Shown here piece after piece: positions 8,679 to 17,448 of a DNA stretch of 35,767 bases. The translations under genes were made by a program, and so were the position numbers. This DNA comes from Promethearchaeota archaeon (GTDB lineage Archaea > Asgardarchaeota > Lokiarchaeia > Sigyniarchaeales > SOKP01): positions 1 through 35,767 of the forward strand of contig JAHPZE010000036.1 of the NCBI GenBank assembly GCA_019058365.1. The letters are read 5' to 3'. Every line of letters begins with the position of its first letter. The first letter of the stretch is position 1. Below the pieces are notes generated by a model. That model was not told the origin of the DNA. It saw nothing but the letters and a program-made list of their open reading frames with translations, and made no database searches.

Positions 8679-9332
8679 ATGGATATTAAAAAAGATGATA
8701 AAATTGTAGAAGATGAATTAAAAGAGATAGAATCTCATTCAAGAACAGGAGATTTCAAAGAAACTGGATTTATACAAGAGGGGAAAAAAAAAATTGTTCT
8801 ATTAGATCTTTTATATTCTACTATAATTGGTGTTATGGGAGGAATAATTTCAAGTCTTATACCATTTAGTTTATTAATAAAAGTTTGGTATCCATTAACG
8901 GGAGGCACGCAGTTAGTAAGTGGACATCATGTTATATGGGCATCAATAGTATACGGATTAACTAAGAAAAAAAAGAATATTCTTCTAACTATGCTTTCTA
9001 AAGGATTTCTTGAATTTCTTTTTGGAGATGCCTGGGGTTTATTAATTATTTTTGTGAATTTAATGGAGGGGTTCTTCTTAATAAGTGGTTTTGTATTCAT
9101 GGAAAAGATTGGAGAAGGAGAAACTAAACTTGGTTGGGCTATTGCGGGAGGATTCGGTAACTTTTTTCAAGCTCCATTTTTCTGGATTATTAATCAACGT
9201 TGGTATTTACATTGGATACTTTGGGTCTTAGCTTTTATATTTGCTTTTATATCAGGGATGTTAATAACAGGATTATTAGGCAGAACAGTGAAAAACTATT
9301 TGATTAAAGCTGGTGTACCTACTACTTTTTGA
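8679..9332 (+). CDS. ECF transporter substrate-binding S component (YkoE-like)
   Basis: About 6 TM helices, Gly-rich, directly upstream of ECF ATPase and T genes. Confidence 0.75.
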   Translation: MDIKKDDKIVEDELKEIESHSRTGDFKETGFIQEGKKKIVLLDLLYSTIIGVMGGIISSLIPFSLLIKVWYPLTGGTQLVSGHHVIWASIVYGLTKKKKNILLTMLSKGFLEFLFGDAWGLLIIFVNLMEGFFLISGFVFMEKIGEGETKLGWAIAGGFGNFFQAPFFWIINQRWYLHWILWVLAFIFAFISGMLITGLLGRTVKNYLIKAGVPTTF

Positions 9333-9338
9333 AATGAG

Positions 9339-11165
9339 GTGTTGCATTTTCTCTCTAATCAAAAAATAGCCATAGCTTTCAAAAATTTTTCTTTTATCTA
9401 TGGAAGAGATAAAAATCAGGAGCTTGCTGTTTCTAATATCTCTTTTGAATTGAAAGAAGGGAATGTCTTAATCTTAGCAGGTCCAAGCGGAAGTGGTAAA
9501 TCTACTATATCATTTGCTATTAATGGGATAATACCATGGCGTCAAAAAGGGTTTGTTAAAGGAGATGTTGAAATATTTGGAAAAAGTATTTGGGATTATG
9601 ATTTTTCAGAATTATCAATGTTAGTGGGATTAGTAAAACAAAACCCTGTTGATCAGCTAGTTACATTTAAGGTAAAAGATGAAATCGCATTTGGTCTTGA
9701 AAATTTGAATTATCCTCCAGAAATAATTGAAGAGAAAGTTAAAAATATCTCCAATTTGATGGGTATTAATCATTTATTAAATCGAGATATAGATCAATTA
9801 AGTGGAGGACAAAAACAACTTGTTGTATTATGTTCCTTTTTAGTAATGAATCCAAAAATACTTGTTCTTGATGAACCAATTGCTTTTTTAGATCAAAATT
9901 CGGAAAGTTTTTTATTAAATCGATTGAAAAAGCTCATCAAATCAAATAAAATTCCTTTAACATTAGTTATAATAGAGCATAGATTATCTAGAGTAATGGA
10001 TGTAGCAGATAATTTAATAGTTTTAGATGAAAACGGAAAAATATCCATGAATAATAATATTAAACAGATTATAACTAATGAATTTGAAATATTACGTTTA
10101 AGCAATGTACGAGTCCCTTGGATTGTAGATATATTTCATGATTTTAAAAAGAATAATGTAAAGTTTCAAAAATTTAAAAATCCAACAAATTTTAAAGAAT
10201 TGCTTGAAATTCTTGATCAATTAAATAAAGAAGATCTAAACGAATTATATCAGATTTTAATTGATAAAGAAATTAATCCTGTAGAATTACGAAAATACGA
10301 GATGTATAATGAATTAATAGAATTTAATGATACATATATCGAATCATTAAAACACTTTAAAGATAAATATGAAAGAAATGAAATTAAGGATGAAAATCAT
10401 GAATATAATATAATTTTAGAAACCAAGAATCTTAATTTTAAATATCCAAATAGTGGAATTCTAGCGGTAAAAAATTTATCTCTGAAAATAAATCGAGGTG
10501 ATTTCATAGGATTAATAGGTTCTAATGGCTCAGGAAAGACTACTCTGTTATATTTACTTGCGAATTTATACGAGCCAACATCAGGAGAGATTCTTTACAA
10601 GAATAAAAATCTAAAAGAAATTAATCAATATGAATATGCGAAAGAAATTGGATTTATATTCCAAAATCCTGAAAATATGATTTTCAAATCTTCAATTAGA
10701 GAAGAATTGTTATATGGACCTAAAAATTTTGGAATTATTAATGAAATAAAAGAAAGTTATATTGCTAGGTTATTGAATCTAATAGGAAAAAATAATTCTG
10801 AGGAAAATCCATATAACTTAAGTTGGGGACAGAAGAGGAGGTTGAATCTAAGCTCTATTTTTGTATATAATCCTGAAATTATCTTATTAGATGAGCCATT
10901 TATAGGTCAAGATCAAAAGACTATAAACTCTTTGATCGAGACTCTTTATATTGAAAATAAAAGAGGAAAGACCATAATTATTTCTTCTCATGATTATCAT
11001 TTACTCCTAAAATATACAGAAAGAATAATTGAACTGAATAAAGATGGTACGCTACGGGATTATGATATTAGTAGTAATTATTTTCAAAAACATAGAAATT
11101 TAGGACCTATAATTTTATTAGATGAGATCAAAAAAAATATTAATAAGAAATTAGATGCCGAATAA
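9339..11165 (+). CDS. ECF transporter fused double ATPase (EcfA-A')
   Basis: Two Walker A motifs (GPSGSGKS, GSNGSGKT), QNP Q-loops, LSGGQ and LSWGQ signatures, two LDEP Walker B motifs. Confidence 0.93.
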   Translation: MLHFLSNQKIAIAFKNFSFIYGRDKNQELAVSNISFELKEGNVLILAGPSGSGKSTISFAINGIIPWRQKGFVKGDVEIFGKSIWDYDFSELSMLVGLVKQNPVDQLVTFKVKDEIAFGLENLNYPPEIIEEKVKNISNLMGINHLLNRDIDQLSGGQKQLVVLCSFLVMNPKILVLDEPIAFLDQNSESFLLNRLKKLIKSNKIPLTLVIIEHRLSRVMDVADNLIVLDENGKISMNNNIKQIITNEFEILRLSNVRVPWIVDIFHDFKKNNVKFQKFKNPTNFKELLEILDQLNKEDLNELYQILIDKEINPVELRKYEMYNELIEFNDTYIESLKHFKDKYERNEIKDENHEYNIILETKNLNFKYPNSGILAVKNLSLKINRGDFIGLIGSNGSGKTTLLYLLANLYEPTSGEILYKNKNLKEINQYEYAKEIGFIFQNPENMIFKSSIREELLYGPKNFGIINEIKESYIARLLNLIGKNNSEENPYNLSWGQKRRLNLSSIFVYNPEIILLDEPFIGQDQKTINSLIETLYIENKRGKTIIISSHDYHLLLKYTERIIELNKDGTLRDYDISSNYFQKHRNLGPIILLDEIKKNINKKLDAE

Positions 11166-12030
11166 AAACAAAGCTTTAGATCATAAGAAATATTTATTTG
11201 CATATGTTCCAGGAAACTCTCTAATACATAAATTAAATCCCATTTCTAAGATTATTTTTCTGGTTTTACTGACAATCATAACTTTTATGGTTAAAAGTTT
11301 AATTTTATTAACAATAATTTTTATCGCAATATTGGGATTAGTGCTAGTCAGCAAAATATCTTTTAAAAATTTATTTAGAAAGTTAAAATTCATAATTATT
11401 CTTCTATGTTTTAGCGTGATTTTGAACATATTTTTTAATGCCATTCCTTCTGGAAATGAAACAGTTATATTTTATCTTTTCAATTTATCTTTCCTACCCA
11501 TAAGACGATTAGCTGTGTATTATGCCTTAAAAGCATCTTTAATAATCCTAATATTATTCACATCAACTATAATTTATAGTAATACAACTTCACCAAAAGA
11601 CTTCCTATACTCACTTATAAGATTAAAAGTGCCATATAGATATTGTTTTTCATTAATGGTTGGAATCAGATACATTCCATTGATTGAACAAGAAGCTAAA
11701 ACAATAGCTTTAGCTCAAAGAGCAAGAGGGTTTGGACTTGAAAAAGCAAACTCAGTGAAAAAAGCTTATAAACTGATTTTTGAAAGATTAGTGGCAACTT
11801 TAATTTCAATCCTGAGAAAAGGGCACATAACTTCAATTTCAATGGAAAATCGTTGTTTTGGTATTCATAAAAAAAGAACCAATTTAAAAATTATAAAGTT
11901 CAGACTAATTGATGGCGTTTTTATCTTTTTCTGCATATTTGCTTTTTCGTTTTTTATATTGTATTTACTTCAATCATTACCAATTCCTCCATTACCTTCT
12001 TTATATCATTTGTTTTTGACAATATTCTAA
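11155..12030 (+). CDS. ecfT: ECF transporter transmembrane T component
   Basis: SLIHKLNPISK, RYIP, AQRARG and SMENRCF (XRX coupling motifs). Confidence 0.92.
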   Translation: MPNKNKALDHKKYLFAYVPGNSLIHKLNPISKIIFLVLLTIITFMVKSLILLTIIFIAILGLVLVSKISFKNLFRKLKFIIILLCFSVILNIFFNAIPSGNETVIFYLFNLSFLPIRRLAVYYALKASLIILILFTSTIIYSNTTSPKDFLYSLIRLKVPYRYCFSLMVGIRYIPLIEQEAKTIALAQRARGFGLEKANSVKKAYKLIFERLVATLISILRKGHITSISMENRCFGIHKKRTNLKIIKFRLIDGVFIFFCIFAFSFFILYLLQSLPIPPLPSLYHLFLTIF

Positions 12031-12205
12031 AATTACTAGGATAGATACTGAAGAAGTTTAATTCAATTATTATAATTAAACTCTTATAATTTATAGCAAG
12101 GAACTTTTAAAATTAAGAAAACCTAATTGATATAATAAAAAATAGTATCATTCTCCGTCATTACTCTTATAAGATATTACAAAGTTTAGATTCGAAGTAA
12201 TCTTT

Positions 12206-13255
12206 ATGGATAGAAAGAGAAAGATGTATTTAAAATACATTGGAATTTTACTTTTATTATGTCTTCCCTTATTTGGGCTGATGGGGCTCGTATTGAGCAG
12301 AAATATTATTACTCCTAATGACGAGTTTTTTGTAGTGTCCAAGGGGGAATCTCCATCTATTCCTGTCAATACATGGAGTTTAACGATATATGGACATGTT
12401 AATAACACTTTAATTTTTACTTATTCCAACTTTACATCCTTACCTTCAAAAGAAGTTATTGCAACACTACAATGTGTTGATGGACCATCTGGTACTGCCA
12501 GATGGAAGGGTATTCCAATTAAAGATTTACTAAATTTAGCACAGGTGCAAATAGGGGCTGTGGATGTTGTTTTTTATGCAGCAGATGATTATTCCTCCTC
12601 ACTGACTATTGAAGAGGTAAGTATAGAAAATGTTCTATTAGCATATGAAATGAATGGTGAACCTCTTCCTGTTGATCAGGGATTTCCAGTCAGAGTAGTT
12701 GCTCCAAACCACTTAGGATATAAGTGGGTGAAATGGGTTGTTAGAATGGAGATTGTAGATTATAATTATATAGGTTTTTGGGAGAGTCGTGGGTGGAGTG
12801 ATAATGCCTATCGTACACCTGTCACCGATTGGATTTACCATGCTGGATTATTGGCGATTTCTTTTCTCTTGGGGGGGATTGCGTTAATGTCAGGATTAAA
12901 AAAGTCGCCTGTTACTGATTTCTTTCATGATCTTCCTAAGTTTGTAAATAAGAAATTCCATATAGCAATTGGAATTGGATATTTTCTCATAGCTCTAAGT
13001 ACTTTCTTCTATTGGGTTATTTCCACAATTTTGAACAGAGGAGCTATTTTTTATACAATTCATGGCATTACGGCTTTAATATCCATTATTCTTATAATAC
13101 CTGGTGCTATTACGGGTGTTAAGAAATCAAGAAAAAGAGATAATGAAAAAAGAACATGGCATTACAAATGGAATTTGTATTCCTTTTATTTCTTTTTAAC
13201 CACGATTATTCTAGGATTTTTATTAATTTTTATTAGATGGCTTTATTTATACTAA
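12206..13255 (+). CDS. Sulfite-oxidase-family (MsrP/YuiH-like) molybdoenzyme fused to a 4-TM cytochrome b561-like domain
   Basis: ITPNDEFF, LQCVDG (Mo-ligand Cys), WKGIP, LLAYEMNGEPLPVDQGFPVR, GYKWVKW, GFWESRGW. C-terminal TMs each carry a His (WIYH, KFH, TIHG, TWH). Confidence 0.88.
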   Translation: MDRKRKMYLKYIGILLLLCLPLFGLMGLVLSRNIITPNDEFFVVSKGESPSIPVNTWSLTIYGHVNNTLIFTYSNFTSLPSKEVIATLQCVDGPSGTARWKGIPIKDLLNLAQVQIGAVDVVFYAADDYSSSLTIEEVSIENVLLAYEMNGEPLPVDQGFPVRVVAPNHLGYKWVKWVVRMEIVDYNYIGFWESRGWSDNAYRTPVTDWIYHAGLLAISFLLGGIALMSGLKKSPVTDFFHDLPKFVNKKFHIAIGIGYFLIALSTFFYWVISTILNRGAIFYTIHGITALISIILIIPGAITGVKKSRKRDNEKRTWHYKWNLYSFYFFLTTIILGFLLIFIRWLYLY

Positions 13256-13382
13256 CTTGGAAAAGTATTAAAGAAGCAGTCCATATTCATCATTCATTAT
13301 TAAAATTCGAGTAGATTTTTAAATAATTAATGGCTTCTTGGAGAGCCTCATTATTCATACTTATTAGAAGTGTAATGAAAAA

Positions 13383-13661
13383 TTGGAAGTAGATGTTCTT
13401 TATTTCGCTGAATTTAAGAATATTACAGGAAAAGAGAGAGAAAAGTTTAAATTATCCAAGTCCACTTTAGCAGAATTACTAAATATATTATTTGAAAAAT
13501 ATAAATTGAGGACTTTAATTTGGGATGAAAAAAATCAAAAGTTGCATAATTTGGTTTCAGTTATAATTAACAACCAAGCTACACATGAGAAAAATCCATC
13601 CTTAATTAATTTAAATGATAGAGATACAATTACCTTCTTATTACCAGTTTCAGGAGGATAG
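13383..13661 (+). CDS. moaD: MoaD/ThiS/SAMP family ubiquitin-like sulfur carrier
   Basis: TTG start, VLYFAEF, and the C-terminal LPVSGG di-glycine. Confidence 0.88.
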   Translation: MEVDVLYFAEFKNITGKEREKFKLSKSTLAELLNILFEKYKLRTLIWDEKNQKLHNLVSVIINNQATHEKNPSLINLNDRDTITFLLPVSGG

Positions 13662-13825
13662 ACGCAAATGAATTCTAGCGAGAAAATAAAATTATGGAAG
13701 AGAGAAGCTTTTAATAATTAATTAATTAAAAATGGTCTATTGAAAATTAATTAATGAAAATTGACTATTTTTAACTTAGATTAGAAAAATATCTTCTAAA
13801 AAATTTTTGTGAAATTAGAAAATAG

Positions 13826-14395
13826 TTGATAAGAATGATAAAAAAATCAAAGATTTCAGAAGATCCTAAAAAGAAAACTCCTGAAAAAATTAATTTAGCT
13901 CTAATCATAGTAAGCACAAGTCAATTTTGTGAGCTAAAGGCGGAAAAGAAAACTTCAGATAAGGTAATTCCTAAAGTAGAGAGATTATTGAACAATAACC
14001 AATCAATTTCATTAGTTTTTTCTGAAATTATCACAGATTCAGAAGACCATATAAATAAAGTTTTGGTAGAATTAATGAAAGATGATAAAATTGAAGCTAT
14101 AATATTTAGTGGAGGTATGGGATTATCTAAAAAAGATATTACATATGAAACTTTAAAGCCTCATTTCGAAAAAAGAATAAACGGTTTTGAAGAACTCTTC
14201 AGATCTCTTTCTTATAATGAAATTGGCACATCTGCAATGTTATATAGAGCAACTGCGGGTATTTTAAGAAGTAAAAAAAAGAGTAAAGCCGTCTTTTTAC
14301 TTCCAGGTTCTCCAGATGCTGTGAGACTTGCTCTTCAATATGTAATAATTCCCGAATTAGGGCATATTCTCTCTATAGCCAATAAAGAAGAGTAG
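13826..14395 (+). CDS. moaB: MoaB/MogA family molybdopterin adenylyltransferase-like protein with atypical motifs
   Basis: IIVSTS, SGGMGLSKKDITYE, GFEELFR, AMLYRA, LPGSPDAV. The start may be ATG 13835. Confidence 0.85.
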   Translation: MIRMIKKSKISEDPKKKTPEKINLALIIVSTSQFCELKAEKKTSDKVIPKVERLLNNNQSISLVFSEIITDSEDHINKVLVELMKDDKIEAIIFSGGMGLSKKDITYETLKPHFEKRINGFEELFRSLSYNEIGTSAMLYRATAGILRSKKKSKAVFLLPGSPDAVRLALQYVIIPELGHILSIANKEE

Positions 14396-14470
14396 GATCA
14401 TATAAGATAGTATCCTATTTAGCATCAATGTAATCTAAAATTATTTTAGAGATGGTTAATTCTTAAACAT

Positions 14471-15343
14471 ATGGTTGATACGACCGGAAAAGTAAAAGAA
14501 ATACAAGAGAAATATAAAATAATTGGTAGAACAGAAGAACTAAGACAAATTGTTTTAGCACATTCAGTAAGTAAGAACATTTTAATTGAAGGTGAAGTTG
14601 GGGTTGGAAAAACAACCTTAGCTAAAGCTGTAGCTTCTTTTTTTGATTCTGACTTCTATCGTGTTGACTGTAGTGAGGAATTATTACCTCATAATCTAGT
14701 AGGTTATTTTGATCCTCCTCTCGTAATTTCACAAGGTTATACCGAAGATTCTTATAAATACGGTCCATTGGCGTTAGCTATGCTGAATGGAGGCTGCTTA
14801 TTCATAAATGAAATAAATAGGATGCCAGAAAGTACCCAAAATTCATTACTAACATCGTTGGATGAAAGAATCCTAAAAATACCTAAATTGAAAACGATAA
14901 AAGCCAATAAAGAATTCTTTGTTATCGCAACCCAAAATCCAAGCGCCCATGTTGGAGTCACTGTACTGGGAGAAGCCTTAAAGGATAGATTCATATGGAT
15001 CAACCTTAGTTATCAGCCTCCCGAAGAAGAATATCTTATTATTAAACAAGAAGCGGATTTAAATAGTGATGGTGCTGATAAGATTGCACAAATCTCTCAA
15101 AATATAATACAAGTAACTAGAAAAAGTACTTCTGTCCGGAGAGGAAGTTCAATAAGAGGAGCTATTGATTTAGCTACCCTGATCAATCAATATGATAACG
15201 ATAATAGTACCAAAAATTGGGTTGAAGCCGCAGTAATGGCATTATACAACAAAATCGAACTGGAAGACGGATTGACTCAATCTAAAAAAGAAGTTGTCAC
15301 TAATATTGTATTGGCTGTTTTAAATAAATCGGATTTTCAATAA
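14471..15343 (+). CDS. MoxR family AAA+ ATPase
   Basis: Walker A GEVGVGKT, Walker B variant LFINEINR, ATQNP, ALKDRF Arg finger, SIRG sensor 2. Confidence 0.92.
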   Translation: MVDTTGKVKEIQEKYKIIGRTEELRQIVLAHSVSKNILIEGEVGVGKTTLAKAVASFFDSDFYRVDCSEELLPHNLVGYFDPPLVISQGYTEDSYKYGPLALAMLNGGCLFINEINRMPESTQNSLLTSLDERILKIPKLKTIKANKEFFVIATQNPSAHVGVTVLGEALKDRFIWINLSYQPPEEEYLIIKQEADLNSDGADKIAQISQNIIQVTRKSTSVRRGSSIRGAIDLATLINQYDNDNSTKNWVEAAVMALYNKIELEDGLTQSKKEVVTNIVLAVLNKSDFQ

Positions 15344-15387
15344 TCGATGATTTCTCTAAGGAAGAAGCCGAAGAGAATGAGAAAAGA

Positions 15388-16452
15388 TTGCATGTAAGAC
15401 TTACTGAAAGTCGCCCGGATAAAGAAATTTTAGAGTATGAAATAATTAGAAAGAAAAGGAAAAAACCAGATTATTATAGACACCTAGCTGACACATTAGA
15501 TTACAAGCAAATCAAAGAATTAACATATCTAGCGATAAAACATAAAAATCTTGAAGCTTTAATGGGATTACTCAAAGCGAACGTTTATGCTTCTACTGAT
15601 GCTCTGGATACCGAACAGGGGGTACAATTTTTCTCAGAGAAAGCCGCGGAATCAGGAGATTTTATGCCAGAAGTCTATTTTTTTATAAGACGCCCTATCT
15701 CTGATAAATATAAGTCAGTTTTTAGACGTTTAGCACGGCAAAGTATTTTAAAATTATCTTTAAAAATAACAAGTAAGGGAATCAGAGGGGAATTTAAAAA
15801 AACTGTTCCCTATTATCAAATGGGTATGCCTGAATTTAGTATGGATGAAACTATTCAACATAATCCACTAAAAATTTATAAAAGAAGTTTGAATTATAAA
15901 GATATTTATGGAATTGAGAGAAAGCGACAAAAAAGAAAAGTGGTATTGATATTGGATACAAGTGGCAGTATGTATGGTCGTTTGTTACTCAATGCCGCTC
16001 TTACAGCCTCAGTTTTAGCTTATAACATGGAAAAAGAAGACTTTGCTATTATTTTATTTAACTCCACTGCAATGATTATGAAAAAAATTGACCAAAAAAG
16101 ACCTATTATTTCAATTATTGATGATATCTTAGATTCTGAGGCTGTTGGCTTTACAAATATTTTTATTGGTTTAGAAAAAGGATTAAAAGAATTAAATAAA
16201 ATTAAAGAAAAGAGAAAAAGCCTTTTTGGTATATTAATAACCGATGGCAACTATAATCGAGGTGATGATCCTATAACTTTAGCAAAGGCTTTTCCTAAAC
16301 TTCACGTGATCGGAATACCATCAAATAATGAAGCAGATCAAGGGATTGAAACATGCCGAGAAATTGCTAAAGCTGGACGGGGTAAATTTTATGCAGTAAA
16401 TGATTATAAAGAAATTCCACGAGCCTTAATAGAATTATTATCTCAAACTTAA
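15388..16452 (+). CDS. VWA (MIDAS) domain protein, MoxR partner; true start uncertain
   Basis: DTSGSM, GFTNI and ITDG MIDAS residues. The frame stays open upstream to 15328 and encodes acidic IDDFSKEEAEENEKR. Confidence 0.88.
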   Translation: MHVRLTESRPDKEILEYEIIRKKRKKPDYYRHLADTLDYKQIKELTYLAIKHKNLEALMGLLKANVYASTDALDTEQGVQFFSEKAAESGDFMPEVYFFIRRPISDKYKSVFRRLARQSILKLSLKITSKGIRGEFKKTVPYYQMGMPEFSMDETIQHNPLKIYKRSLNYKDIYGIERKRQKRKVVLILDTSGSMYGRLLLNAALTASVLAYNMEKEDFAIILFNSTAMIMKKIDQKRPIISIIDDILDSEAVGFTNIFIGLEKGLKELNKIKEKRKSLFGILITDGNYNRGDDPITLAKAFPKLHVIGIPSNNEADQGIETCREIAKAGRGKFYAVNDYKEIPRALIELLSQT

Positions 16453-16709
16453 TTCAAAACTACTTTATACTCAATGCCAGAAAATTAATGGATATAGTAT
16501 TAGTCTTAAAGTATTTATGAGTTATATCCTAAAAAGTAAACTTGAATGATCAATTATTTGGATATTTGGACTTCTTTTAAAATTCTATAGTCTTAAAAAT
16601 ATGGAATTCAATATATTTATAAGTTAAAAGGTAAAAAAATAATAATCAAAAGATACATTTATTTCAAAGATTTATATGAAATATCTAAATTAACAAAGGT
16701 GAATGATTT

Positions 16710-17288
16710 ATATTTAATGAAGAAGACTATCGCTATGTTTTTAAGGTTTGTCTAATAGGAGCTGGTGGAGTAGGAAAAACGTGTATTGCTAGAAGATTAT
16801 GTTTTAATACATTTAATATGAACACTCAATTAACTGTTGGAATAGATTTTTATACGTATGATATTCCTATAATAGTCAATGGAAAGGAAACTAAAATAAG
16901 GCTTTCGATATGGGACTTTGGGGGTCAAGAGCGTTTCAAATCACTTTTCAGATATTATATAGGCGGAGCAAATGGAATCTTCTTAGTATTTGATTTATTA
17001 CAAATGGAAAGTCTTATTAAATTAGACTGGTGGTACGATAAATTAGTAGAGTATAATGTTCAGGATCGCCCTAAAATTCTTATAGGCACTAAACTTGATT
17101 TGGCTGAAGCAAAGGATAGGAATATTAAAATTGATGAACTAATTATTGAGCAATTCCTTAAAACACATAATGAAAAAGATTTCATTAAAACATCTTCTTT
17201 AGATAATATAAATATTCGATATATTTTTAAAGAGATCGTCAAGAAAATTTTAGATTTTCATGAATTTGATTATGAAGAAATATATTGA
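16710..17288 (+). CDS. Small Rab/Roc-like GTPase; N-terminus extends upstream of the ORF-track start
   Basis: In-frame upstream sequence encodes FNEEDYRYVFKVCLIGAGGVGKT (P-loop). Downstream motifs TVGIDF, WDFGGQ, GTKLD, KTSS. Probable ATA start at 16710, 7 nt after GGTGA. Confidence 0.85.
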   Translation: MFNEEDYRYVFKVCLIGAGGVGKTCIARRLCFNTFNMNTQLTVGIDFYTYDIPIIVNGKETKIRLSIWDFGGQERFKSLFRYYIGGANGIFLVFDLLQMESLIKLDWWYDKLVEYNVQDRPKILIGTKLDLAEAKDRNIKIDELIIEQFLKTHNEKDFIKTSSLDNINIRYIFKEIVKKILDFHEFDYEEIY

Positions 17289-17448
17289 CTTTCTTGATTT
17301 TTAAATATTCACTTAAAATTTTTAGATATTTTTGTACTAGTTATAAATAATAGATTTTTTTTTATTGAATTAGGTATAATAGAATAATCATTTGAAATGC
17401 TAAAAACTTCAAAAATTAATTCATCATAAATACATATGTGAGATTATT

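Noticed and set aside
12156-12182. Second ModE box upstream of the Mo enzyme
   Set aside because: Only the left arm (CGTCAT) resembles the motif; the right arm does not match.
5976-13255. Selenocysteine replacing the missing Mo-ligand Cys
   Set aside because: No in-frame TGA interrupts these ORFs; the frames are continuous at the relevant positions.
13328-13355. Small hairpin upstream of moaD as a Moco riboswitch
   Set aside because: Too short and imperfect; no multi-stem architecture is visible. A covariance-model search would be needed.
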